Source of the DNA: a virus
Virus record (IMG/VR): IMGVR_UViG_3300012001_000006
Location: 1 to 64,000 of that record
Length of the DNA: 64,000 nucleotides
Reading direction: 5' to 3' (one strand)
Positions 1 through 10,015 of the stretch are shown here, piece by piece. Both the position numbers and the translations under genes were made by a program. Under the pieces are notes generated by a model. That model saw only the letters and a list, made by a program, of their open reading frames with translations, was not told the origin of the DNA and did not search any database. How positions within the stretch are numbered: position 1 is the stretch's first letter; each line of letters starts with the position of its first letter.

Positions 1-499
1 TCGCCTGATACCAGGAGATGTCGCCAAGCTCTTCAAGCACGTTCACCCCGTCCAGTACAGCCTTGCCACCCTCGAACTGCTTCATCAGCGCTTCCAGCAC
101 TTCGCCCGATTCGCTGAACATGCCGAGTGCCGAATGCAGCAAGCGAATGTTCAGGTTGTCCAGGCGAACGCCAGCCTTGCCGGCGTCAATCTCGTCGCCA
201 GCCTCCGCAACCATCGCGTCAAACTGATCCTGCGGTATCGGACGATTGATCGCTTCCGGACAATCCTCCATCGTTGCGCGAATGTTATTGGCGTTACCCA
301 TCAGCTCGTCCAGAATCGGGTCGAGCGTTTCGCGGGTCAGCGGATTGCCGTAAAACAGCTTACGCTTCAATTGGTTCGCCACTTCAGCAGCCAAGATCGT
401 GATTGTGAGAAGCTGATGGAGGTCGATCTGATTGATGTCCAGGCTCGCCGGCACCGATTCGGTCTTGATGGCGTTGGCGATATAAGTTTTTGAATCCAT
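1..499 (-). CDS. MazG-like nucleoside triphosphate pyrophosphohydrolase (3' end runs off the window)
   Basis: Own translation from ATG 499 (RBS CAGGAG): MDSKTYIANAIKTES...LLHSALGMFSESGEVLEALMK...NVLEELGDISWYQA, showing the all-alpha NTP-PPase ExxE / EExGD motifs. Confidence 0.8.
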   Translation of the reverse strand, partial: MDSKTYIANAIKTESVPASLDINQIDLHQLLTITILAAEVANQLKRKLFYGNPLTRETLDPILDELMGNANNIRATMEDCPEAINRPIPQDQFDAMVAEAGDEIDAGKAGVRLDNLNIRLLHSALGMFSESGEVLEALMKQFEGGKAVLDGVNVLEELGDISWYQA

Positions 500-559
500 G
501 TGTTGTTCTCCTGTGGTGCGAATTGGAAGGTGCTGCGGCGTCTTGCCGCAGCTTGTTGT

Positions 560-763
560 TTAGCCGACCGAAGCCAGCTTTGCGACGCCGAAGTCCGCAT
601 CCACGCTGACGATCGATTCAATGCGCGAAGCAATGATCCGAGCGCGGGACGCTTCAGCGTTGCGCAACTCGGCCAAGGTCTTGTTGAAGGCGCCCATGAC
701 GTTATCGACGGTTTGAGTGCCGAAAAAGCGGACGATGAGGCGAGCGACTAATTTGTTTAACAT
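560..763 (-). CDS. hypothetical protein (67 aa)
   Basis: ATG 763 preceded by AGGAG; co-oriented in the operon. Confidence 0.6.
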   Translation of the reverse strand: MLNKLVARLIVRFFGTQTVDNVMGAFNKTLAELRNAEASRARIIASRIESIVSVDADFGVAKLASVG

Positions 764-794
764 GGATATCTCCTGGTGAAATTCAAAAAACGGG

Positions 795-1655
795 TTAGTG
801 AAACGATACTTCGACGGTTTCGCGGAACTGCCGCCAGCCGACAAAATTGTTTGAGCGTTGCGTTGCCAGTGGCAGCGGATACGCTTGATGCTCGATCGGG
901 CTGGCGTGAATCGGCTTGCCGCCCACCAGACGCATATACAGATCCAAATCCTTATCAGGGTCAGGGCTGGCGCCGTCGTGCGTCAGGTACGAAACACGCG
1001 CACAGCGGGCCGCAGAGAGCTTCGCCAGGTATTCGGGACTGTCGAACCATCGAACGCGCTCAGCCTGCGTCACGTACGGCAGATGCCAGCTTGACGAAAT
1101 CATGCGGTTACGCTTGCGAATCACCGGCGCCGACGTGTACATCGCCAGTTTCATCTGCTTCGCCAGCTCGCGAATCTCAGGCTGTGCGTCGGGATGGTCG
1201 CGCAGCGAAAAGAAGTTGCTCCACTCGGTCGCCGTGACGACGACGTGGATGTGCTGGAACGGCTCAAGGACGCGATTAACGACCTGTTTGTGGTAGCCAG
1301 CCTCGCTCATTGCTTCGGCGATGTATGCGGCGGCGTGCGCAGCTTCGCGCCAGGCTTCCTGCACAGAACACAGACCAACCACCGACTCATGCAGCGGCAC
1401 AAGCGCGTTATGCTCTTCATTCGCCTGCATACCGGCTTGGTTCTTGCCCCAATGAATCGGCATCGCCGGTTCGCGGCGCACCGCGTCGAGCATCTTGGCG
1501 ACAGGGATAGCGCGGCTGCTCGACGCGTTGCGGCTGAATACCCGATGCGTCATGAACTCGGCGTGAATGAACCGCGGATAAGTCAGTTGCATCGTGACCA
1601 GGCGCTTGCCTTCGACGCTGATTGAATCCTCGATTACCTTTGCTGAAATTGTCAT
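795..1655 (-). CDS. thyX: FAD-dependent thymidylate synthase
   Basis: ThyX motif THRVFSRNASSSR, FFSLRDHPDAQPEIR and HASPIEH; RBS AAGGAG. Confidence 0.93.
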   Translation of the reverse strand: MTISAKVIEDSISVEGKRLVTMQLTYPRFIHAEFMTHRVFSRNASSSRAIPVAKMLDAVRREPAMPIHWGKNQAGMQANEEHNALVPLHESVVGLCSVQEAWREAAHAAAYIAEAMSEAGYHKQVVNRVLEPFQHIHVVVTATEWSNFFSLRDHPDAQPEIRELAKQMKLAMYTSAPVIRKRNRMISSSWHLPYVTQAERVRWFDSPEYLAKLSAARCARVSYLTHDGASPDPDKDLDLYMRLVGGKPIHASPIEHQAYPLPLATQRSNNFVGWRQFRETVEVSFH

Positions 1656-1696
1656 ACGTTCTCCTTAATTCCGTGTTTCTGTAAATGCGTGGCGAT

Positions 1697-1939
1697 TTAC
1701 GCCGCGTCGTTCGAGTTGATGACCGTTCTCATGCCCAACAGCGCCTTCTTCGCTTTCGCGCCACCGTCCCAACCCTGGCGGGCATAGAACAGAAGCGTCT
1801 CCACGACCTGCCCTGCGGCGGTCTCGTTGATCGGATACGCGACAGGTTGAGCTGGCTCTTCGGTCGGCGACTGCACTTCAACGACGGGCGGTGACGGTGG
1901 AGTCACGGCGCGCGGTTTGAATTGAATAATGTTGCTCAT
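1697..1939 (-). CDS. hypothetical protein
   Basis: 80-aa ORF with AGGAG RBS, just downstream of the TATAAT/operator at about 1987-2008. Confidence 0.65.
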   Translation of the reverse strand: MSNIIQFKPRAVTPPSPPVVEVQSPTEEPAQPVAYPINETAAGQVVETLLFYARQGWDGGAKAKKALLGMRTVINSNDAA

Positions 1940-1956
1940 CGAATCTCCTGTGAAGC

Positions 1957-1976
1957 GCGGGGTACGAATACCCCGC
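1957..1976 (-). terminator. hairpin (possible terminator or leader stem)
   Basis: GCGGGGTA-CGAA-TACCCCGC perfect 8-bp stem; U-tail is weak. Confidence 0.35.
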
Positions 1977-1990
1977 TGACTTATACATTA

Positions 1991-2008
1991 TAGCTCAGTA
2001 TTGACTGA
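1991..2008. promoter_or_regulatory. palindromic box abutting a minus-strand TATAAT
   Basis: TAGCTCA-GTAT-TGACTGA; 1984-2010 is identical to 40484-40510. Confidence 0.7.
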
Positions 2009-2032
2009 CTTTCGCAGGCAATACTGAACCGT

Positions 2033-2710
2033 TTATGCTGCGCAATCGAACTCCACTTTCCACTCAAGATAGAGCTTGGCTGTACGGCTCGCTCTAGCCA
2101 TCATGGCGTACGAAAGATTATTGGTTCGACAAAACTCACGCAGTCCTTTAATTCTGAACACTTCTCCTTCAGGTGACGTGAGAATATATTTTTTCGATCT
2201 TGCATTCACCTCTCCTCTAACGCCACTCATAGGATGGTTTGTCGTCATAATCTCCTTGATTTTGGCGTGCCACTCTGGCGACTGCTTTCTGCCAAAAAAC
2301 GACGCTTTTTCGCCGGTATATTGGCGTAATTTTTCCTTCGTTTCTTCAGAAGTGACATGACCCATGTGCGCCTTTGAAATTGCTAAATTGTGGGCTTCCG
2401 ACCGAGCCAGACCACGAAAACCATCTCCACCTACCGTCATGTTGTAACCATGCGGCGAAAGCGTGGCGCAATCCTTTATAAGTCGAATCTCTTCATTCTT
2501 GGCGAGCGTCTCATCATCAAAGAATGCCAACTCTTCGATATTCCAGGCATCAATGCCATACTTTTGAATGGCTCGGTGAAGGGCAAATGTGGAGCCGCGA
2601 CGAGCGGCTCCACAATGCTCTACAAAACGAATTCGCACAGAAGGCTTGTTCGTGTAGCCAATATAAGATTTGTGGCTTGGTGATGTTAATTTGTAAACAA
2701 GATATGCCAT
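2033..2710 (-). CDS. free-standing GIY-YIG homing endonuclease with NUMOD3-type repeats
   Basis: LVYKL...YIGY N-terminus, GYNMTVGG, and H..SEETKEKL NUMOD3 repeats; AT-richer than its neighbours; ATG 2710 with AAAGG RBS. Confidence 0.88.
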   Translation of the reverse strand: MAYLVYKLTSPSHKSYIGYTNKPSVRIRFVEHCGAARRGSTFALHRAIQKYGIDAWNIEELAFFDDETLAKNEEIRLIKDCATLSPHGYNMTVGGDGFRGLARSEAHNLAISKAHMGHVTSEETKEKLRQYTGEKASFFGRKQSPEWHAKIKEIMTTNHPMSGVRGEVNARSKKYILTSPEGEVFRIKGLREFCRTNNLSYAMMARASRTAKLYLEWKVEFDCAA

Positions 2711-2769
2711 ATTTACCTTTGAATAAGTCACCGATGACTGTAGCACATCGGCAACTTATTGTCGGGGCT

Positions 2770-5283
2770 TTATGCTGTTGCCACGTTTTCGCCAAACGAA
2801 ATCGGGCAGCTTCCGGTAGAACAGTCAACGTGTTCTAAGCCAATATCCTCCTGTATAGATCCTTCACTTTTGAGAGCGTTGACGATCAGTTCATATTGAG
2901 CTTTCGTCGTTGGCTCCTCCGGTTGGTACTCGTAGGCGGAGTCGTCGGTTTGCGGCATCACCGAACAGCAGCGGATCGTCGATTGACCAGCAAGCAAGGT
3001 GCGCTTGAAGTCCTCGAAGCTCACGACTTTAGGGTCATACTTCAGCGTGTAGGACACCTGATTGCCCGATTCGCGCAGCGGTGTGACGCCATCTTCAGCG
3101 ACACCGGTGATCCAATACTTCTCCAACAGGCGAAGGTAGTGGTACTGCTCTTCTGGCGTGGCTTCGGCGGCCGTCACCAGCTTGTCGCCCATGCCAAGCG
3201 AACAGATCGTCGGTTGGGTCGGGAAGCCGACAATCGTGGTGCCAGCGTACGTTTGCAGCTTGCGAACCGGATAGCCTTTCGCGCGATACGCGTCAATCAG
3301 CGGGTCATCGTTGCGGAACTGTACCCACCGCAGGAACTCGCGCATCGAAGGCAAGTGCGCGCCCTCGGTCAGCCCGAACAGCTTGGAGATTGTGCCGGCA
3401 GGCACCATAGTCGTGTCGCTATGCGGCACCACTACGCCAAGCAGGCGCGCATAAACCTCTGCCTCGTCCTGTACCGCGCGCTTGAAGCGCGACAGCGTTT
3501 GCCAGAAGTCTGCCGACTTGGCTTCGTCAATCAGATCCTTCCAGCCGTACCCGAATCGCGCCCATGCGTACTCATGCAAGCCAACCAAGGCCACCCCGAT
3601 GCGGTTCGTGCGCTTGACTTCCTTGCTGTACAAGCTGTCCATCAGGTTGGTGCGGATCAGCGCGCGGGTCGCCACACGGAAAGCGTCTTCTGCATCGTCA
3701 TCCGACAGCCTCTGGACTTCAGCCCGCGCTTCGTCCTGTGAAAGTAGCGGGTTGATACGCCAGCTCGGGCCGTCAAGACCCGCCACCGCATGAAACGGCA
3801 CCACGCTGGCGAGTACGCAGTAACCACCAATCGCCGACAGTACGATTTCGCCGCAAGGATTGGTGATGACCTTGTACCTGCACGACTGCCAGGCTTTTGC
3901 CAGCTCGGCGGTCAATGAAAGCGTTTCGGTGTCCAGCTTGTAGCGGGCCGACTCAGCGAAGTTGCCATCGAACAGAACATCAGTACCCTCGTCCACCCAT
4001 GTCAGTTTGTCCACCGTAATCAAGCCAGGCTCGCCGGTGCCGTCTTTGTATGACGCCTCGCAGATCGCGTCGAAGACTGCTTTGGCGTGTGCGGCCAGCT
4101 CCGGTATCTCTCCGAACGTGTCGGTGTAGTCAGTCTTGACCAAATCCCAGAACTCCTGATCCACCGTCACCGAATTGTTCGATGTCCACAGGAAGCCGCC
4201 ACGTTTGACCGCAATGAATTCCAGCACGCTCTTGTCGCGCCAGGTCTTTGTGGACATACGCGCAGCACGTCGGGCGCCACCCACCAGCACACACTCAGCC
4301 GCGTAGTGATCAGCGTACATCGCGCCGCGCCAGGCAGACATGCCTGCTTCACGCAGTCGGGCGATATTGGCGATCGCAGCCATCAATGGTGCGGGGCCAG
4401 ACGCGGGACGGTTCTGCATTCCCTTGATTGGGGTGCCTTTAGCGCGCACGCCGGAGAAGTCCAGCAGCAGCACGTCTTCGCGGTAAATCTTCTGGAACGC
4501 CATCAACTCCATCTTTTCGAGCGCCTTTGCCCACCCTTCGCGCGAGTCCGGCACTTCAAAAACGTGAATCTTGCGGCTTGAGTACAGGTGTTCGGCGGTG
4601 CGACGATCATGTACGGCGAACAGACCGCTTTGAATATCCTTGTGTGATTGGTCGCAGACGCAGGTGACGATTGGCAGGTTCTTGAAATCCATTCGCATCA
4701 TGGCGTCATCGTACGAGCGACCGACGCCGGAGCCGTTCAGCATCAGGTAGAACGACAGGAAGTTGGCTGCCGCGGTGCTGCAATTCGTGAACACTTCCAT
4801 CGGGCGGGTCGGCTGTGTGTCGTCGCCGTGTTGCAGGTGGCGGCCCGACATCAGGATCGACGCTTGGCGCAGGTGGTGGTGCATTCGCGTGAATTCGAGG
4901 TATTGCTCGGTCGCGTGGATCAAGGTCGTCTTGCCAAGTTGGCGACTGGTGTCGGTCAGCGGGTGCAGCATGGCGTTGCCTTCAGCGACACGCTTCGCCA
5001 CGTCTTCCCACTTTTCGATTTCGATTACGCCAACAACGCTCAGAATCACTTCAACAATCACGTCGTCGCCATACGGCACGTCGTAGTGGTCGATGACCAG
5101 ATTGTTGGACAGACACCACTCAGCGACCTCTTTGTCGAGTGCCATATCGTCGCGGCGTGGAATACTGATGCGCTTGAAGTACAGCGGAACCGGCCGTGTG
5201 ATCTTGCGGTTGATGGTGCGATTTGCGACCGCCTCACCCATGCCTGGCGCATAGACTCTTGCGGGTGTTTCTTGATAGCTCAT
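2770..5283 (-). CDS. nrdJ: class II (adenosylcobalamin-dependent) ribonucleotide reductase
   Basis: FTNCS, GSGVG, GGARRAARM, TNPCGEI, TTMVPAGTISKL and C-terminal CSTGSC motifs; no adjacent beta subunit. Confidence 0.88.
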   Translation of the reverse strand: MSYQETPARVYAPGMGEAVANRTINRKITRPVPLYFKRISIPRRDDMALDKEVAEWCLSNNLVIDHYDVPYGDDVIVEVILSVVGVIEIEKWEDVAKRVAEGNAMLHPLTDTSRQLGKTTLIHATEQYLEFTRMHHHLRQASILMSGRHLQHGDDTQPTRPMEVFTNCSTAAANFLSFYLMLNGSGVGRSYDDAMMRMDFKNLPIVTCVCDQSHKDIQSGLFAVHDRRTAEHLYSSRKIHVFEVPDSREGWAKALEKMELMAFQKIYREDVLLLDFSGVRAKGTPIKGMQNRPASGPAPLMAAIANIARLREAGMSAWRGAMYADHYAAECVLVGGARRAARMSTKTWRDKSVLEFIAVKRGGFLWTSNNSVTVDQEFWDLVKTDYTDTFGEIPELAAHAKAVFDAICEASYKDGTGEPGLITVDKLTWVDEGTDVLFDGNFAESARYKLDTETLSLTAELAKAWQSCRYKVITNPCGEIVLSAIGGYCVLASVVPFHAVAGLDGPSWRINPLLSQDEARAEVQRLSDDDAEDAFRVATRALIRTNLMDSLYSKEVKRTNRIGVALVGLHEYAWARFGYGWKDLIDEAKSADFWQTLSRFKRAVQDEAEVYARLLGVVVPHSDTTMVPAGTISKLFGLTEGAHLPSMREFLRWVQFRNDDPLIDAYRAKGYPVRKLQTYAGTTIVGFPTQPTICSLGMGDKLVTAAEATPEEQYHYLRLLEKYWITGVAEDGVTPLRESGNQVSYTLKYDPKVVSFEDFKRTLLAGQSTIRCCSVMPQTDDSAYEYQPEEPTTKAQYELIVNALKSEGSIQEDIGLEHVDCSTGSCPISFGENVATA

Positions 5284-5328
5284 GTATATCCTTATAGTTG
5301 CAAAAATTAGTTGGGGATGAATTATAAC

Positions 5329-5346
5329 GAAGTCACTCCTGACTTA
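5329..5346. promoter_or_regulatory. palindromic box upstream of nrdJ
   Basis: GAAGTCA-CTCC-TGACTTA next to ATTATA (TATAAT on the minus strand). Confidence 0.75.
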
Positions 5347-5419
5347 GTATATGAATCCAGAAATTACCACGCGTCCGCAGTTGTCAGCGGTAAGTCTTTT
5401 GGCAACGGTTTTATCTTTC

Positions 5420-5908
5420 TTACCGGCAGCACTTCCCTTCGATGCTGTTCCAATTCTGTTCGTAGTCTCGCGCGAACGCCTCTGGACTCCCCGCGTCGAG
5501 CGTGTCCGTCATTCTCGAACCGCAGGCTCGAAAGTCGCACTTCGCCGTCAACTGCGTCACCGTATTCATAGTGGCCGACTCCGTGATTGTCTCCACATGC
5601 AGCTTCGTGTGAGCGCAATCGACGCAAGCCGGCATCTCCTTCGTTATCGAGTGCATGAGCTTCTTGACGCCATCGTCAATCAGATGCGCCTTGTAGTCGC
5701 GGTCGCGACTGGCTAACAAAAAACGGTCATGCGTCAACCGCATAGACAGTTGCTTGCGATCGAGGCGCACGTCGTCGGCGAAGACGCGCTTAATCTCGGC
5801 AGGCCCGTCCGGTGTGTAGACGGGCCAGAGCAGCGGTTTAGGACGTGTGGGCGGTTTTGATGTCGCCCACAGCGATCCGACGAACGACTCCGGCGTTGAG
5901 GTAGCCAC
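5420..5908 (-). CDS. hypothetical protein
   Basis: 162-aa ORF starting 2 nt after the resolvase stop codon. Confidence 0.55.
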   Translation of the reverse strand: MATSTPESFVGSLWATSKPPTRPKPLLWPVYTPDGPAEIKRVFADDVRLDRKQLSMRLTHDRFLLASRDRDYKAHLIDDGVKKLMHSITKEMPACVDCAHTKLHVETITESATMNTVTQLTAKCDFRACGSRMTDTLDAGSPEAFARDYEQNWNSIEGKCCR

Positions 5909-5910
5909 AG

Positions 5911-6525
5911 TTAAGCCAGGTCGCGCGCCATTGCGTTATGGAACATTGGCGTCGACTTATACATGGCGATCATCTGCCGAAACTCGTCGGTCGCCATACC
6001 CGCTTCGATAGCTGCAACCGCGTCCGCCATGTGTTCGCACTGGCTGGCGATCGGTGTGCGTACGCCCTTGACGACCTTGGTGGGCCACGGTGCGTTGGGG
6101 TGCTTCTTCATCATCGCCTCGATCATTTCGTCCTTGGTCGCCGTCTTGGTGCCGCAGGCGATCATCTTGACCTCGTTTGGCGTGACCTGGATCATCGGGA
6201 TAGCCCGACCGACCGCAGCCAGCACACCGATGCAGATGCCGTAGCTCGCCATTGCGCGGGCTGACTGACTACCGACCGGCACTTCGATAAAAGCCAGCCA
6301 GTGACCTTCGATCGCCTCCATTGCGCCCTTGTGGAGTAGCTTGGCCCGCTCTAGGTCTTCGCTGTTCTTGCGAACAACCTTTTTCAGCTTCCTATCTTGC
6401 TCGTTCACGGTTTGAATGAGCGACAAACCATCCACGACTATCGTCATGGTGTCAGTGTCAAGCGTCGCTTTGGCGACACCAAAGTTGCTCAATGACGGGT
6501 CGAACCCCAGGATCTTAAATTTCAT
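5911..6525 (-). CDS. RuvC-like Holliday junction resolvase
   Basis: ILGFDPSLSNFG, AFIEVP, TPNEVK..ATKDEM and EHMADAVA acidic motifs; TAATG coupling to the upstream gene. Confidence 0.85.
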   Translation of the reverse strand: MKFKILGFDPSLSNFGVAKATLDTDTMTIVVDGLSLIQTVNEQDRKLKKVVRKNSEDLERAKLLHKGAMEAIEGHWLAFIEVPVGSQSARAMASYGICIGVLAAVGRAIPMIQVTPNEVKMIACGTKTATKDEMIEAMMKKHPNAPWPTKVVKGVRTPIASQCEHMADAVAAIEAGMATDEFRQMIAMYKSTPMFHNAMARDLA

Positions 6526-6866
6526 TACCAAACCTCCTCAACTGTTGATGGAACATCCGTTACTACTGCTTTTGCTCTCCTAAATTTGGGCCAGCTCTCG
6601 CCATGTTCGTCACACGCTTCTGCTTCCAGCGATACGGCGCTAGTGCCTGGCGGGATTAGCGTTCGTCTGCGCAGCACCACTTCCAGGTCGCTCTGGTCTT
6701 TCAGCAACTCGGTCAACTCCTTCCCCGAAGCCATTGGCGCCAGGCAGCTCAGTTCAATCGTTACGGTCGTTTTTCCCGCCACCATATGATCGCCAGTCAT
6801 TGTCGAAACGTGGCGCGTGTCGGTCTTCGAGTTGATGTCCATCTTCAGTACCGATAGCGTCACCAT
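6525..6866 (-). CDS. hypothetical protein
   Basis: ORF overlapping both neighbours at start and stop. Confidence 0.6.
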   Translation of the reverse strand: MVTLSVLKMDINSKTDTRHVSTMTGDHMVAGKTTVTIELSCLAPMASGKELTELLKDQSDLEVVLRRRTLIPPGTSAVSLEAEACDEHGESWPKFRRAKAVVTDVPSTVEEVW

Positions 6867-7156
6867 ACGGCCGCCGTCAATGGTCGGTCGCGTTCCTGCA
6901 AGAGAAACGTGTCCAAGCGCGTGATCAGCGCGTTCACGTTCGACTCCAATGAAACGACGCGCATCTGCAAGGCGATAACGTCCACCGGCGGCCCTGACAT
7001 GCCTGGCGTTTTCCCCTCGATCATCGTCACGCGGTTATTCATCAAGGACAGGTTGTGCGTCCAGGGCGTAAAGGCAGTACCCTTAACTCCGATCAGATCA
7101 GTCTCAACTATCCGAAGACGCGCATCGATTGCCGCGCACAACGCTTCGTCTACCAT
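6860..7156 (-). CDS. hypothetical protein
   Basis: ORF overlapping both neighbours. Confidence 0.55.
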   Translation of the reverse strand: MVDEALCAAIDARLRIVETDLIGVKGTAFTPWTHNLSLMNNRVTMIEGKTPGMSGPPVDVIALQMRVVSLESNVNALITRLDTFLLQERDRPLTAAVW

Positions 7157-8079
7157 GATCCGAAGCCGATCTCTTCGTACTCGACAAACTTGTCCTTGTT
7201 CGCCTCTGCTTCGCGAATCTTGGACTGCGCGGTGTGAATCGCCTTGATCGCGTTGTCGATACCGCCGAACACCGCGTCACCCATCAGGTCGGTGAAGCCA
7301 GTCAGGGTTGCACCCGCCTCGGTCGTGTTCATTTCCATGACGGTGTAGGCGCTGGCGCTGGTTGGTGCGAACTTGACGAGAATCTTGTCGCGCTTGCCAA
7401 AGTAGACGCTCTGCACGACGAACTCTTCGCCACCGATATGCGACGCCTTCGAGTAGCTGCCCGCCTTCATCACCGTCAACGATGCAGGGCCAGTCAGCGA
7501 GACAGGATTCGCCGTAACCTGGCTCTGGTTCGCTGCGATCCAGTCGTTGATACTTTTCGTCAAGGCTTCCATTTCGGCCTTTACGTCGTCTGCGTTTATG
7601 CTCATACCGTCCTTTGCTATGTTGTCCCAATCTTCTGGTGAAATTTCTGCCGCCTCCTCGTACCACGCGCTGTCGTCCTTTGTTAGCGGCGTAAACAGCG
7701 TTGTCACTTTTGGCGTCAAAGCTGCCATCGCCGCCTTCATCGCCGCCGTCGCAGTCGTTAGCGTCGAGCCGGTCGAGCCGGTCGAGGCTGATGTGCTGAC
7801 GGTGCCTGTCAAATCCATGTAGTCGCCAAGTACGATGTGCTGCTCGGCAGCATCATCCTTTGCCGCTTTGATCATGTCGGCGTACGCGGTACTCTTGCCG
7901 GCGCGACGAGGCATGATCAGCGTCTTCATGAACGCCGGATCGTCCGTGCTTGCGCCAGGCGTATCCATCAGCACTCGCATCGACTCGATAAAGCTAGGTC
8001 TGCGCGGAGGCGCTAAAATGACGCCTCCCTTGATCGCATCCAGAAAGCTCTTCGATGGCGGGGTTAGATCAAAAGCCAC
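7150..8079 (-). CDS. hypothetical protein
   Basis: 309-aa ORF coupled to the Rad50-like gene; contains PRRAGKST and ends GFGSW. Confidence 0.65.
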   Translation of the reverse strand: MAFDLTPPSKSFLDAIKGGVILAPPRRPSFIESMRVLMDTPGASTDDPAFMKTLIMPRRAGKSTAYADMIKAAKDDAAEQHIVLGDYMDLTGTVSTSASTGSTGSTLTTATAAMKAAMAALTPKVTTLFTPLTKDDSAWYEEAAEISPEDWDNIAKDGMSINADDVKAEMEALTKSINDWIAANQSQVTANPVSLTGPASLTVMKAGSYSKASHIGGEEFVVQSVYFGKRDKILVKFAPTSASAYTVMEMNTTEAGATLTGFTDLMGDAVFGGIDNAIKAIHTAQSKIREAEANKDKFVEYEEIGFGSW

Positions 8080-10015
8080 GTTGGGTCGCCCCCGTTACGC
8101 TTGAGACGCCACCGCTTTTCTTGACCAGAATCACGTTGTCGATCCAATCAGAAAGGCTGTTGTGGCTGACGACCAGTACCGTGCCGCGTTCTTTCGCCTT
8201 CTTGTCGAGTACGGTCATCAGGCGCTCAAGACCTGGCTCATCCAGTGCGTGATCGATTTCATCAGCCATGAACAAGTTGATCGGCTTGGTCGCGCGGGTC
8301 GCTACCATGTCTTGCAGCGCCATCGCGGTGGCGATTCGCACCTTGCGCTTCTCACCGCCGGAGATCGCCTTGAAGGTCTTGCCACCCTTGTCGTTGGTGA
8401 CTTCGATGTTGAATTTCTCCTTCAGGTCGCCCTTGGCCGTCTTCGACAGCGTTGACCAGACCGCATGGATATTCCCGTCAGACAGCGCGCCGAGATATTC
8501 ACCTGTCTTTTCGTTCAAGAATGGCGTGACGGTATCGAGAATGTGCGCCCGTACGCCGGCAGGCCCGAACACCTTGACCGCGTTCGCGTACAGTTCAGCT
8601 TGTGTCTCCAGCGTGCCGCAGGTGACTTCAGCGACCAGGATTGCGGACTCGGCGCCGGTGATTTCAACCTGCTTGCCCTCGACCGCCTTCGTCCAGGTAT
8701 TCGCTTCGGTCAGGCACCCTTTCGCCTTCACCTTGACCGCCTCGATGTCGCGCAGGTTCGCTTCCACGCCTTTGCGCAGCGTGGCGATGGTAGACAGGTT
8801 GCTGCGGATCGCGGTCATTTCAGCGACCGCTGCCGACACATCGGTCAGCCCTGCCGTGAAGGTGTCGATTTCGACCTGTATCGCCGCTTGCGCAGCCAGT
8901 GCCTCTTTGTAGGAGCGCGCCATCGTCAGCAGTTCGTCTTTGGTCGTGCCGATCTGCTTTTGACGGGTCTCTTTGACCGACTCCAAGTCGTGCGCGCAGT
9001 ACGCCTTGCCACATTCGGCGCAGGGTTGGCCCACTTGCGAGTCGATCGCTTCCAGCGCCTTGACCTGGCTGGCGTGCGTGTCCTTCTTGCCGCTGGTCTG
9101 CGTGTGCAGTCGTGTGACCGCCGTCGATGCCGCGTGTAGGCGCTCGGCCAATTTGCGCTGCGCCGCCTTCTGCTCGTCGTTTTTGGCGAGGCTCGCTTCG
9201 AGTTCAGCTTGCCGCGCGATCAGTTGAGGCTCGTCAAACGTGGCGATGTCCGCTTCGGTCGCGGCAACCTGCTCTTGCAGCGGTTTGATCTTCGCCAGTT
9301 CGTCCTTCGCCCGAACCTTGCGCTCACCTTCAAAGACTGCGTGGCTCGTTTGGTACGCTGTCAGTTCCGCGTTTAGCAGCCCCAGGCGCTCGCCGAGCGC
9401 CTTTAAGGTAGTCTGCGCGGCAATGTGCTGTTTCTCGACCACCAGCGACCGTTTGGCGGCTTCCTTGTATGCTTCAGCAAGCTCTTCGACGCCGGCGGCC
9501 TCCTCGATCAGCAGTTTCAACTGCTTGTCGGTCATGCCTGGCAGATCGGGCATCTTTTCCTGCCCTGCGTAGATCGCGCCGATGAATACGTCGAGGCTGC
9601 AACCCATGATCTTGTTGACCACTTCCTGCGTTTCCTTGTCGGTTCCCTTTGACAGATCGACCACCGTGCCGGTGGCGGGAACCTCATGCACGATTAGCTG
9701 ATTCTTGCGCGTGGCGTGCTTGCGGTAGCGTGAAATCAGGTAGGCGGTGGCGCCATCGACCAGCGTGACGCCCACTTCGCAATCCTTCTTGGCGGTCTCG
9801 TTGACCACATCGTCACCCGACACTTCACGCGCCGTCGTGCCGTACAAGACCCAACAGAGCGCGTCAACGATGGATGACTTGCCGGCGCCGTTCGACTTGG
9901 CGCTGGTGTCGTCTTCATTCTCACCCTGAATCAGCAGCAGACCGCGGCCGTCCAGTTCGAGTTCGGCCCGACCGATGGTCAGGAAATTGGTAATGCTCAG
10001 TTTTGGGATATCCAT
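8069..10015 (-). CDS. SbcC/Rad50/gp46-like recombination ATPase
   Basis: Walker A NGAGKSS, coiled coil with CAEC zinc hook, ISGGE signature, MADE Walker B, VSH. Confidence 0.93.
   Translation of the reverse strand: MDIPKLSITNFLTIGRAELELDGRGLLLIQGENEDDTSAKSNGAGKSSIVDALCWVLYGTTAREVSGDDVVNETAKKDCEVGVTLVDGATAYLISRYRKHATRKNQLIVHEVPATGTVVDLSKGTDKETQEVVNKIMGCSLDVFIGAIYAGQEKMPDLPGMTDKQLKLLIEEAAGVEELAEAYKEAAKRSLVVEKQHIAAQTTLKALGERLGLLNAELTAYQTSHAVFEGERKVRAKDELAKIKPLQEQVAATEADIATFDEPQLIARQAELEASLAKNDEQKAAQRKLAERLHAASTAVTRLHTQTSGKKDTHASQVKALEAIDSQVGQPCAECGKAYCAHDLESVKETRQKQIGTTKDELLTMARSYKEALAAQAAIQVEIDTFTAGLTDVSAAVAEMTAIRSNLSTIATLRKGVEANLRDIEAVKVKAKGCLTEANTWTKAVEGKQVEITGAESAILVAEVTCGTLETQAELYANAVKVFGPAGVRAHILDTVTPFLNEKTGEYLGALSDGNIHAVWSTLSKTAKGDLKEKFNIEVTNDKGGKTFKAISGGEKRKVRIATAMALQDMVATRATKPINLFMADEIDHALDEPGLERLMTVLDKKAKERGTVLVVSHNSLSDWIDNVILVKKSGGVSSVTGATQRGF

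Noticed and set aside
6525-7156. Terminal VW of two small ORFs as members of the C-terminal tag family
   Set aside because: They lack the aromatic-Gly core, and the Trp codons can be explained by overlap with adjacent start and stop codons.
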